Below, in pieces: positions 53,960-62,059 of a DNA stretch of 64,000 bases. The position numbers and the translations under genes are program-made. Position 1 is the first letter of the stretch; each line of letters starts with the position of its first letter. Source of the DNA: Nitrospirota bacterium (GTDB taxonomy: Bacteria > Nitrospirota > Nitrospiria > Nitrospirales > NS-4); contig CAWBGA010000002.1 in assembly GCA_963788195.1 (NCBI GenBank), positions 64,001 through 128,000 on the forward strand. The letters run 5' to 3'. The notes below the pieces were generated by a model. The model saw nothing but the letters and a program-made list of their open reading frames with translations, had not been told where the DNA came from and made no database searches.

Positions 53960-54100
53960 CCTCGAGCAGACACGTTCGGCAGCTGTCCACTACGGGCGGC
54001 CGGGCCGTGGCCTCTTTTTCACTTCTAGCTGACTGTTGGGTGTCTATGTACATATCGTCTGGAGCTTATTGTGATCCGTTCACTTAGGGTGGGGATGAAT

Positions 54101-54617
54101 ATGAAATCAGTATGGTCATCTGTTTCTATAGTTATCATTCTGGTGGGGCTTCTAGGAATGGCTGGACGACCGCCGTTAGTAGGCGGTCCGGCGCCAGAGA
54201 TCTCGTTGAAAGATCTGCGAGGGGAATGAGGTTCGACTCTCGGATTTTCGTGGCAAAGTAGTCTTGCTGAATTTCTGGGCGACCTGGTGCAAGCCTTGCA
54301 AGGAGGAGATGCCCGCCATGCAGGCCAGCTACGACAAGCTTCGCGACAAAGGCTTTGTCGTGTTAGCTGTGAACGAACTCGAAAATATCGAGAAAGTCGC
54401 TGAGCACATACGCACTTACGGTCATACCTTCAAGGTGGTCATGGATAAAAACAACAATGTCGCCAACCGATACGGCGTAGTGGGTCTACCGGCCAGCTTT
54501 ATCATCGATCCGCAAGGGATCGTGCGCGAGCGGATTACCGGCAGTCTTCTGACCGAACCCCGAATTGAAGAAATGTTCCTGCGCTACGCTGCGTCGCTGG
54601 CAACAGACGCGAGGTAG
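54101..54617 (+). CDS. TlpA/ResA-like thiol:disulfide oxidoreductase (frameshift in GGGG near 54222)
   Basis: Signal, PAPEISLKDL, LSDFRGKVVLLNFWATWCKPCKEEMP, YGVVGLPASFII. Confidence 0.88.
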
Positions 54618-54653
54618 AGATCGCATGGTTGCGATTCCAACAAGCCACGGCTG

Positions 54654-55019
54654 ATGTTGCGCTCGCCGCTCAAACGCCCAAGCGCCGTTCTGGCCCTCAT
54701 CCTTGCCGGCGGCTATTTCGGCTTGGTTATTTTCACGGCAGCATGTTTATTACAGGCGCCGCTTCCAGGTGCGTTCGGTCCAGCCGCGCATCATCATCAC
54801 GCCGACGGGTCCGCCAAGAACACTTCGCATTCGCCTTTGTGCGCATGGGCCTGCCAGGCCGGTTCCTCGTCAACCGTCGGAAACGTGGTCGGCGTCCCCT
54901 TCATGACCTTTATGTGGTGGGGAGCGATCATTTATGCATGGACGGCATACGGTCGCATCGCCTGGGGGCAAGGACGTCCGCGTTCCCCGCCGTTTCCCCT
55001 TAGCCAGACCCCACGTTAA
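54654..55019 (+). CDS. Second DUF2946-like leader protein with CxxxC and C-terminal RSPP
   Basis: Signal/TM, AHHHHAD, HSPLCAWAC, GRPRSPPF. Confidence 0.68.
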   Translation: MLRSPLKRPSAVLALILAGGYFGLVIFTAACLLQAPLPGAFGPAAHHHHADGSAKNTSHSPLCAWACQAGSSSTVGNVVGVPFMTFMWWGAIIYAWTAYGRIAWGQGRPRSPPFPLSQTPR

Positions 55020-55109
55020 TAAAGACTCTCGCGGTATATCTGCGAGAACAGCATGGAACATTCTGGACCCCTCGCGTGGCTAATGCGAGGGAACGGAAAG
55101 GGCAATCAT

Positions 55110-56159
55110 ATGCGTAGATCACACTGTGCTTTTGGTATCGCTCTAATTATCGGTCTCATGTTTGTTGCCGCTCTCAAGATTTCTCCAGCGGCGGCGAGTT
55201 GTGGCTCGACGAGTTGCTTTCTCGTCATCGGCTCGCAGGCCGGCGTGCCGCAGAAGGGCATGCTGACGATGAATCTGACCTATAATTACGTCAATCAAGG
55301 CGATCTGCTGGATGGAACTACAGGCATCATTCCCGAGGTGGACACAACCAATCGCCGTCTGATTCCCAACCACCACTTGGAGACCAGGACGATCAACCAG
55401 GTCTACACAATGGATCTGAATTACGGCGTGACGGATCGATTTGCACTGGAAGTGGCTATCCCTTACATCGTCCGCTCGCATCGGCATTTTCACTTCCACG
55501 GCGGGCAGCCGATCGAGCCGTCCCTCTTCACGGATAATGGGCTTGGCGATATTCGAGTGCTTGCAAAATACAATGTCCTTCCGACGATCCGAAATCTATT
55601 GGTGTTCGGCGTCGGCATGGATCTTCCAACCGGCAAGGTCGATACGCAGACCAATGCGGGCGGCAGCGGGCCGGAGGAGCCGACGATCCAACTCGGTCGC
55701 GGCAACGTGGGAGTGGTGGGCTCAGTCTACCAAACATACGAGGTCATCCCGCACCGGTTAGGGCAGTTCTCGTCGATCGTGTACCGGCATACCTTCAAGA
55801 ATAACGCAGGCTATCAGTTTGGCGACGATTACGTTTTGGCGGCAGGTCTGAATCTTCTGCTGCTGGAGAAGCTGACTCTGACCGGCCAATTCAACTATCG
55901 CTATGTGGTTCACGATACCTTCAGCTCAACGCTGGGGTTTTCGGGGCCTGATAGCCAGATTATTCTCGATCGTCCTGTTCCGACGACCGGTTCCACCATG
56001 CTCGCGTTCAGTCCCGGCGTCACCTGGCACGTCCGCGATGGCACCGCCGTGTATTTCAACGCGCAAATTCCAATAGTTCGCGACTTCAACAACAACATCG
56101 CCCCGGGCATAGGCTTCCTCGCGGGGCTGACGCACGTATTTGACGTGAAAGGGCGGTGA
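55110..56159 (+). CDS. Outer-membrane beta-barrel transporter-like protein with Cys/His motifs
   Basis: Signal peptide, mature N-terminus ASCGSTSC, RSHRHFHFH loop, GLGDI..LPTGK..IQLGRG, amphipathic strands. Confidence 0.75.
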   Translation: MRRSHCAFGIALIIGLMFVAALKISPAAASCGSTSCFLVIGSQAGVPQKGMLTMNLTYNYVNQGDLLDGTTGIIPEVDTTNRRLIPNHHLETRTINQVYTMDLNYGVTDRFALEVAIPYIVRSHRHFHFHGGQPIEPSLFTDNGLGDIRVLAKYNVLPTIRNLLVFGVGMDLPTGKVDTQTNAGGSGPEEPTIQLGRGNVGVVGSVYQTYEVIPHRLGQFSSIVYRHTFKNNAGYQFGDDYVLAAGLNLLLLEKLTLTGQFNYRYVVHDTFSSTLGFSGPDSQIILDRPVPTTGSTMLAFSPGVTWHVRDGTAVYFNAQIPIVRDFNNNIAPGIGFLAGLTHVFDVKGR

Positions 56160-56186
56160 TCAGAGGACGGGCAGAGACACTACGAT

Positions 56187-57053
56187 CTACCAGGCGTAAA
56201 CGACGCCCGTACCCGCACGAAATCTATCCTGAGCTAACGGATCACGGAAGTCCCGCCAAGCGGGGATAGATACTAAGGCAAAGAACAGTAGCCCACGCCC
56301 GGGCGAATAGACGACGGTGGGGTGTAACAATACTTCTTGGCCGCCTGTCTGTGGGTGTCTGACCCCGCTCACCGCGTCTTTGAAGTAACGTTCGTAAGAC
56401 CACCCAAGCTGATAGCTAATCAACTTGCCGGTTTCCATATCCTCGTTGGGCGTGAAGGCAAGGCCGCCACCGAGGAAGAGATTGTTGCCGGTATTTGTGC
56501 CGGTTCGATACAAGGCGTTGTAGCGATAATATGCGTATCCGATCCCTGACCACCGGCCTCGTTCCAGGCTTCCTAGAACTCCGCCTAAATAATCAAGTGG
56601 CGCGTTCCATGCCTTGTGGTCAATGACTCCGCTCGGAATCTCGACCCCGGCCATCCCTAGGATAAAGTTTCCCTCACGGTTCCATTTGGCGATAAGACCC
56701 GCAAGGTCATAGCGGTATCGAATCGCCAAGATACTGTCTTCAAACCCGGATGTGCTGCTGCCTGCATCCAAATCGCTAATGGATGAATAAGGTAGAATCG
56801 CTGTGAAAGCCAGTGGAACACCTTTCAGCAAATTAAAGCCGCCGCTGAGGACCCCGGTAGTTTCTTGTGTCCGTTGCCCGGCAGTGCCCAGTTGCCGCGT
56901 AAAGGCCTGAACGCTCACGAACCGTTCACTGCTATAAAGCAATGAGGACTGAGGACCAAAGATAGCTTCGTGATGGGCCCTGGCGGTCGATACAATGGCC
57001 ATTGTACCTAAGATGAGACAAAGCCAGTAGCCTGTTGTCATACCAGAACGCAC
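56187..57053 (-). CDS. Outer-membrane beta-barrel protein with His-His N-terminus
   Basis: Signal ending ARA|HHEAIFGPQS; GFED..RYRY; C-terminal VVYAW barrel signal. Confidence 0.7.
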   Translation of the reverse strand: MRSGMTTGYWLCLILGTMAIVSTARAHHEAIFGPQSSLLYSSERFVSVQAFTRQLGTAGQRTQETTGVLSGGFNLLKGVPLAFTAILPYSSISDLDAGSSTSGFEDSILAIRYRYDLAGLIAKWNREGNFILGMAGVEIPSGVIDHKAWNAPLDYLGGVLGSLERGRWSGIGYAYYRYNALYRTGTNTGNNLFLGGGLAFTPNEDMETGKLISYQLGWSYERYFKDAVSGVRHPQTGGQEVLLHPTVVYSPGRGLLFFALVSIPAWRDFRDPLAQDRFRAGTGVVYAW

Positions 57054-57243
57054 TAATTGAGGACCCCCACGACCGGTTACATTTACGTGGACTATTGTCT
57101 GTCAATAAGACGTGAGTCAGCGGGTCGTACCCCTTTACATGACAAGGAACCGAAGATCAAGCGCACCTTAACTCGCTGGCCATCAAATTAGGGTGGTTAC
57201 AATCTCCTTTTTTTAGGTGTCCCCGAAACCGGAGACAGCACAG

Positions 57244-57276
57244 AAACTACCCCGGCGGTCTTAAATAATCATCAGG
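57244..57276 (+). repeat. 33-nt direct repeat, copy 1
   Basis: AAACTACCCCGGCGGTCTTAAATAATCATCAGG; 32/33 identical to 61943-61975. Confidence 0.85.
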
Positions 57277-57277
57277 T

Positions 57278-57482
57278 CACGGGGGAGAGACGAACTCGTC
57301 AGGGGCGAAGGAGTCTGTCGGGGCACCCCTTGCTCCTCACGTGCAAGGGGTCGAAAGGATTTCAGGGCCGGGCGGGTGTAACGGCGAGCTCGGGGCCACG
57401 GGAAAAGGACGCGTCCTGGCGTGTCCGGGGAGGGCGGGTGGAGTGCTGGGTGTAATGGTAGGTGTAATGGCTGGGTGTAATA
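57278..57482. repeat. Family A repeats with nested module B and a GGTGTAAT tandem tail
   Basis: ACCCCTTGC..GCAAGGGGT (57325-57351), GGACGCGTCCTGGCGTGTCC (57407-57426), GGTGTAAT x3. Confidence 0.8.
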
Positions 57483-57540
57483 AGTTGAACAGTTTGGCCT
57501 GCTTGGGATACGCTACGCGAGAATAGTCTTGGGATGTCCA

Positions 57541-58140
57541 ATGATCTTGGAGAGACGCTGGCAGGCTTCCTTTGTGATCGCGCTGATTCTTTTATTCCCC
57601 GCCGCAGGAGTCAAGGGGGAGCTGTCGGACCCCGACGGGGTCGATCAATTAGATGAAGTCAAGGTCACAGCCGCCCGAATCGCCCCGTTACCTCGGGCGC
57701 TTCCTCTCCCGCTTCCGGACCTTTCGACGGCGGTGTCCCTTCCCGCCGAACCTTTCTGGAAACGCGGTGCTCCAGTGATTCCGGAGTTGCCGGTTCTGGA
57801 TCGCCACCTTCTTCGAGATGACACCGCGCTCTCTGCTGGCACCCGGACGCGGGTTCGGTATCTTGAGCCGATCCAGGCTACATACCCCAGGCGCGCGCGT
57901 ACGATGGGATTGGAAGGCACCGTAGTCTTACGGGTCATCGTCAGGGCGGACGGAACTGTTGCTGAAGTTGCCATACATAGATCATCGGAATATTCTCTGC
58001 TCGACCAGGCGGCTGTCATGGCTGTCCGGAACAGGAGGTTCGTGCCCGCGAAAGACGGCGGCTTCACGATATCTTCCGTCGCGGAGGTGCCTGTGAAATT
58101 TGTGTTAACGGAACATACGGGGGACGAGCTGCTGCCATGA
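57541..58140 (+). CDS. TonB C-terminal domain protein
   Basis: Signal/TM, Pro-rich region, YPRRARTMGLEGTVVLRVIV..SSEYSLLDQAA..VPVKF. Confidence 0.85.
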   Translation: MILERRWQASFVIALILLFPAAGVKGELSDPDGVDQLDEVKVTAARIAPLPRALPLPLPDLSTAVSLPAEPFWKRGAPVIPELPVLDRHLLRDDTALSAGTRTRVRYLEPIQATYPRRARTMGLEGTVVLRVIVRADGTVAEVAIHRSSEYSLLDQAAVMAVRNRRFVPAKDGGFTISSVAEVPVKFVLTEHTGDELLP

Positions 58141-59180
58141 AGCGTCCTCGGTTTCTGTTGGTGGGTATTGCCGTCCTGTTTATCCTCGCCCAGCCCCTCT
58201 CGGCGCGTGCCGATGAAGCAAAGAAATATTACAACCAGGCCGTGACCCTGGCCTCGCAAGGAAAGTATGATGCAGCGGCCGACTCGGTTCGAAAAGCGAT
58301 CGCGATCCGGCCCAAATTTGCAGAGGCACATCACCTGCTGGGCATTATTTACGCGACTGGGCTTCGACGACTGCCCGAGGCCGTGGAATCTTTCAAGACA
58401 GCGATCGAGCTGAGTCCGAACATGGCCGAGGCATACTATAACTTGGGACTCGTCTATCAGGGCCAGGGTAAATTTGCAGAATCTGAGCAGGAACTCCAGC
58501 GAGCCGTGGCGATCTATCCCCGCTATGAAGAAGCCCTCATCTCCCTTGCGCAGCTGTATGAGCGCCAACAAGCGAGCCGCAAAGCGATCCCGGTCTATCA
58601 GCGAATATTAGAATCCAAGCCGGATCAGCCGGAAGCGTTATATGCGTTAGGGTATCTGTTTGAATCACAGGGTCAAAGCGCCGAGGCGCGTGAATTGTTG
58701 TCCCGGCTTGTCGCTGTGCATCCGGAGCATGCGGATGCCCATTATCTTCTGGGCACCATTGCGGAAAAGGCCAGCCAGGCAAGCGATGCAGAGCGCGCCT
58801 ACCGCCAGGCTATTGCCGCCAGACCCGAATTCGTCGACGCCCATTACAATTTGGGATTCCTCTTAAAGGCCAAAGGGGAACTGCCTGCCGCGGTGCAGGA
58901 GTTCATGATAGTCGTGAAGCTCAGGCCGGACTATGCCGACGCCTTCGTGAATCTGGGCGTCCTGTATTCAATGCAAAACAAATTCGACAAGGCCGAACAG
59001 GCTTATGAAGAGGCCATCCGACTCAAGCCCACGATGGCTGAGGCTTACTACAATCTCGGCGTCTTTTACGAATTTCATCTCAAAGACCCCGTGCGCGCCC
59101 TGGCGACATACAAGAAGTACTTGAGTCTCGGCGGAAAAGACGACCGCATACAGCGGATTGTTCAGGACGTCAGAAAATGA
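58137..59180 (+). CDS. Secreted TPR-repeat protein
   Basis: Signal peptide; repeated AEAYYNLG/DAHYNLG units. Confidence 0.9.
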   Translation: MKRPRFLLVGIAVLFILAQPLSARADEAKKYYNQAVTLASQGKYDAAADSVRKAIAIRPKFAEAHHLLGIIYATGLRRLPEAVESFKTAIELSPNMAEAYYNLGLVYQGQGKFAESEQELQRAVAIYPRYEEALISLAQLYERQQASRKAIPVYQRILESKPDQPEALYALGYLFESQGQSAEARELLSRLVAVHPEHADAHYLLGTIAEKASQASDAERAYRQAIAARPEFVDAHYNLGFLLKAKGELPAAVQEFMIVVKLRPDYADAFVNLGVLYSMQNKFDKAEQAYEEAIRLKPTMAEAYYNLGVFYEFHLKDPVRALATYKKYLSLGGKDDRIQRIVQDVRK

Positions 59181-60028
59181 CCGCGTTGCGGCATATCCTC
59201 ATGTCAACGGGGCTTCATGGAATGTTCGCGGTCGTGCTGCTTCTATTACTATTTGGAGCCCAGGCCGTGCAGGAGCACCGGCAGACCATCATAGTTCAAC
59301 TGATCGAGCCCGCGGCCACTCCGGCCGCCGTCGAGCCTCCCAACTCTGTACCCACGCCGGAGTTGCATATGCCCTCAGTGCAAGAAACTGTTAGAGCTGA
59401 TCCGCCCACGGCGCGCCACATTCGGACAACGGCGGACCGCCATAGATCACGCCCCACGCATGTGGCTGCGATCCCCATCTCTAGGTTCTCGGAGCCGGCA
59501 GGTGATACGTTTATCTCGCGTTCAAGTGAGTCCACCCCGGCTTTCATCGAGATGCCCCGGCATTCCCATGTAGTCGCGCCGGTGGCCACGAGAGCTCAGG
59601 AGGCGATGACATTGCCGAGCGACACGATTTCATCGCCGAGCACTTTGTCTAGTGCTTCCATCGTTCCTCCTCTTTTTCGTCCGATCGCGACAGGGCGAAC
59701 AGAGTCCAGGCCGGTATTGAGGGACTCAGCAGCGGAAAAAGTGAAAGCGACACGATCGCCGCCGCGCGCGGGCGAGAACCTACGACCTGATTATCCGCGT
59801 ACGGCGCAGGAAGCGGGATGGGAAGGGACTGTGATGTTACGGGTGGAAGTCCTGCCTGACGGCAACGCAGGCAGTGTGTCGGTACAGCGGACCTCCGGTC
59901 ATGCGATCCTTGACGACGCGGCCCGCACTGCTGTTGAGCGATGGCACTTCAGTCCGGCGATGGACGGCAATTTCCCCATCAGAAGCGTGGTGAATCTTCC
60001 CGTCAAATTTGACCTCATGACGCCTTAG
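59177..60028 (+). CDS. TonB family energy transducer
   Basis: N-terminal SxxLH TM, Pro-rich linker, PDYPRTAQEAGWEGTV..TSGHAILDDAA..LPVKF. Confidence 0.88.
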   Translation: MTALRHILMSTGLHGMFAVVLLLLLFGAQAVQEHRQTIIVQLIEPAATPAAVEPPNSVPTPELHMPSVQETVRADPPTARHIRTTADRHRSRPTHVAAIPISRFSEPAGDTFISRSSESTPAFIEMPRHSHVVAPVATRAQEAMTLPSDTISSPSTLSSASIVPPLFRPIATGRTESRPVLRDSAAEKVKATRSPPRAGENLRPDYPRTAQEAGWEGTVMLRVEVLPDGNAGSVSVQRTSGHAILDDAARTAVERWHFSPAMDGNFPIRSVVNLPVKFDLMTP

Positions 60029-60037
60029 CTTCTTTTC

Positions 60038-60508
60038 ATGTCGCAGTCGCGCTCTTATCTGCATCAGATCAGCATCTCCGATGGCGGGGTCCCCAAGCTG
60101 CCGGTGGCGGAGGCGCGGATCATCGTTGAAGGCGTCGTCGGTGATCGCCAACAAAACCGTGACGTTCACGGAGGCGTTGACCGCGCAGTTTGTATTTTTT
60201 CGCTAGAGTTGATTGAGGCCCTGCAAGCGGAAGGACACTCAATTAAGCCAGGCTCCAGCGGCGAGAACCTGACGATTGCCGGACTGCAATGGTCAGAATT
60301 AAAGCCGGGAGACCGGTTGCGCATCGGAGCGCACGTTCTGCTGGAGATCAAAAGCTACACCTCGCCGTGCAAATACAACGCGCAGTGGTTCGTCGGCGGA
60401 GATTTCTCTCGAATTTCGCAGAAGCTCCATCCGGGCTGGAGCCGGGTCTACGCACGAGTGCTGGAGGAAGGTGTTGTGAGGTCTGGAGATTCCGTCAGCA
60501 TGGAGTAA
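60038..60508 (+). CDS. MOSC-domain (YiiM-like) protein
   Basis: GGVPK, HGGVDRAVC, GENLT, SPC, YARVLEEGVVRSGD. Confidence 0.9.
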   Translation: MSQSRSYLHQISISDGGVPKLPVAEARIIVEGVVGDRQQNRDVHGGVDRAVCIFSLELIEALQAEGHSIKPGSSGENLTIAGLQWSELKPGDRLRIGAHVLLEIKSYTSPCKYNAQWFVGGDFSRISQKLHPGWSRVYARVLEEGVVRSGDSVSME

Positions 60509-60546
60509 CTCACCTAGGTTGATTGTAATAACACAGGTTTGAAACT

Positions 60547-61200
60547 ATGCAACGAGTGCTGGAACCAGAGATCATGGAAGATCCGGAGCAGGCGCTGGTC
60601 TATTCGAAAGCGGACTTCGAGGAGGAGAACCAAAGCTTCGTGGACCGCTTTCGGGAGTATTACCCTGATTTGACGCATGGCCATGTGCTGGATCTGGGCT
60701 GCGGGCCCGGCGATATCGCAATCCGGCTGGCGCGCGCATTGCCCGACGTTCAGATCACCGGCGTCGATGCCTCGGGGCCTATGATTGATATCGCCGAGCG
60801 GGCCGTTGCCGCCCATGGCCTTTCGGAGCGGATTCGATTTCGACGCGAGCGTTTTCAGATTTGCGTGGTGGAACCCGCGGACGCCGTGATTTCCAACAGC
60901 CTCTTGCACCATGTGCCGAACCCGCTGCAGTTCTGGTATGCGGTGAAGAAGCTTGCCAAACCAGGAGCGACGGTGCTGGTCACCGACCTTCTGCGTCCGG
61001 CAACCCCGGATGATGCACAAGCCATCGTAGACCGTTACGCCGCGGACGAGCCGCCGATCCTACGTCGCGACTTCTTGAATTCGCTGCTTGCCGCCTTTAC
61101 TGAGGATGAAGTCGCATCGCAACTTGCCGAACTGAACCTCAGCCGGCTGCTGATTGACGTTCCCGACGATCGTCATTGGATGGTAGGGGGCCGGCTATGA
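60547..61200 (+). CDS. Class I SAM-dependent methyltransferase
   Basis: RVLEPEIM, VLDLGCGPG, SNSLLHH. Confidence 0.9.
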   Translation: MQRVLEPEIMEDPEQALVYSKADFEEENQSFVDRFREYYPDLTHGHVLDLGCGPGDIAIRLARALPDVQITGVDASGPMIDIAERAVAAHGLSERIRFRRERFQICVVEPADAVISNSLLHHVPNPLQFWYAVKKLAKPGATVLVTDLLRPATPDDAQAIVDRYAADEPPILRRDFLNSLLAAFTEDEVASQLAELNLSRLLIDVPDDRHWMVGGRL

Positions 61201-61745
61201 TCAGGCGGGTCTTCATGCTGCTCATCATCATTGCTGCTTACGCCCATGTGGCCTGGGCGATGGAATTCTCGGCCGAGCAAAAAATGCGCATAGGCAAGCG
61301 CGCGATGTCCGGAAAAATCTATTTTCAGCCGGATCGCTGGCGGGTCGAAATGGCGAGCCCGGAAGGGCCGAAGGTATCGATAAGTCGCTTAGACAAGGCC
61401 ATCACGTGGTTGCTGTTGCCGGGCCGATCATATGTAGAAATGCCCTTGCGCCTTGATCAAGTTCCCCGGGTGGGCCCCCGTGTTGAAGGGGAGGTCGCCC
61501 GCAAGCAGGTAGGGGTTGAGTCGATCGGAGGCCGCAAAACCGAAAAGTATGAAGTCATTGTCGAGTCCGAGGGTAAGCGGGAAATCCTCTACCAATGGGT
61601 TGCACCGGACATCAAATTCGCCATGAAGACCGCCAGCGCCGATGGGCAATGGGAAAACGAGTACAGCTCTGTCCTGATGGGTCCTCAAAAGGCGGAATTA
61701 TTCGAACTGCCCGCCGGCTACACGAAGGCGCCTTCTCCACAATAG
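61197..61745 (+). CDS. Secreted DUF4412/LolA-like protein
   Basis: Signal, EFSAE, GKIYF..RWRVE, ESIGGRKTEKY, FELPAGY. Confidence 0.72.
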   Translation: MIRRVFMLLIIIAAYAHVAWAMEFSAEQKMRIGKRAMSGKIYFQPDRWRVEMASPEGPKVSISRLDKAITWLLLPGRSYVEMPLRLDQVPRVGPRVEGEVARKQVGVESIGGRKTEKYEVIVESEGKREILYQWVAPDIKFAMKTASADGQWENEYSSVLMGPQKAELFELPAGYTKAPSPQ

Positions 61746-61759
61746 TGAAGGAAGGGCAG

Positions 61760-61890
61760 GCGGGGGAAAAGGAATCTGTCCTGGCAGATTCCAGGGCGGG
61801 TGGGTGGAATGGGTCAAGGAATCTGTCCACGGGACAAAAGCCTGTCGGGGTACCCGTTGCTCCTCAAATGCAATGGGTCAATGGCTTGGG
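61760..61890. repeat. Family A repeats with nested module B
   Basis: GGAATCTGTCCTGGCAGATTCC (61771-61792); ACCCGTTGC..GCAATGGGT (61852-61878); same layout as 10760-10845. Confidence 0.85.
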
Positions 61891-61942
61891 CGACGGGGGA
61901 TGTCATGGGAGGTGCCGTGAGGATTCAACCCAAAGGACAGAA

Positions 61943-61975
61943 AAACTACCCCGGCGGCCTTAAATAATCATCAGG
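61943..61975 (+). repeat. 33-nt direct repeat, copy 2
   Basis: AAACTACCCCGGCGGCCTTAAATAATCATCAGG. Confidence 0.85.
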
Positions 61976-62016
61976 CCTTCGGGTCGAGCAAGCTTTGTTT
62001 GGTGGGTGGGTGCGAT

Positions 62017-62039
62017 GCAGGGAGGCACCGCCTCCCTGC
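62017..62039. repeat. Perfect 10-bp hairpin between convergent genes (REP-like or terminator)
   Basis: GCAGGGAGGC-ACC-GCCTCCCTGC; no U-tract. Confidence 0.5.
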
Positions 62040-62059
62040 CCTCTCCACGAGCGGAAAAT

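Noticed and set aside
54227..54229. TGA in tlpA as selenocysteine
   Set aside because: It arises from one extra G in GGGG; the downstream sequence is in a different frame and the active site is an ordinary CKPC
13288..54617. Frameshifts in hslU, xerC, rodA, nuoL/K/G/F/CD, the MidA-like gene, fliK-like, secA and tlpA read as pseudogenes or programmed frameshifting
   Set aside because: They hit essential genes indiscriminately, several at short homopolymers, with motifs intact on both sides and no shared slippery signal; this fits long-read consensus indel errors
57244..57276. Hammerhead ribozyme (CTGATGA on the minus strand) or dif site
   Set aside because: No stem II + GAAA follows the core; only a partial resemblance to a XerD arm and no XerC arm
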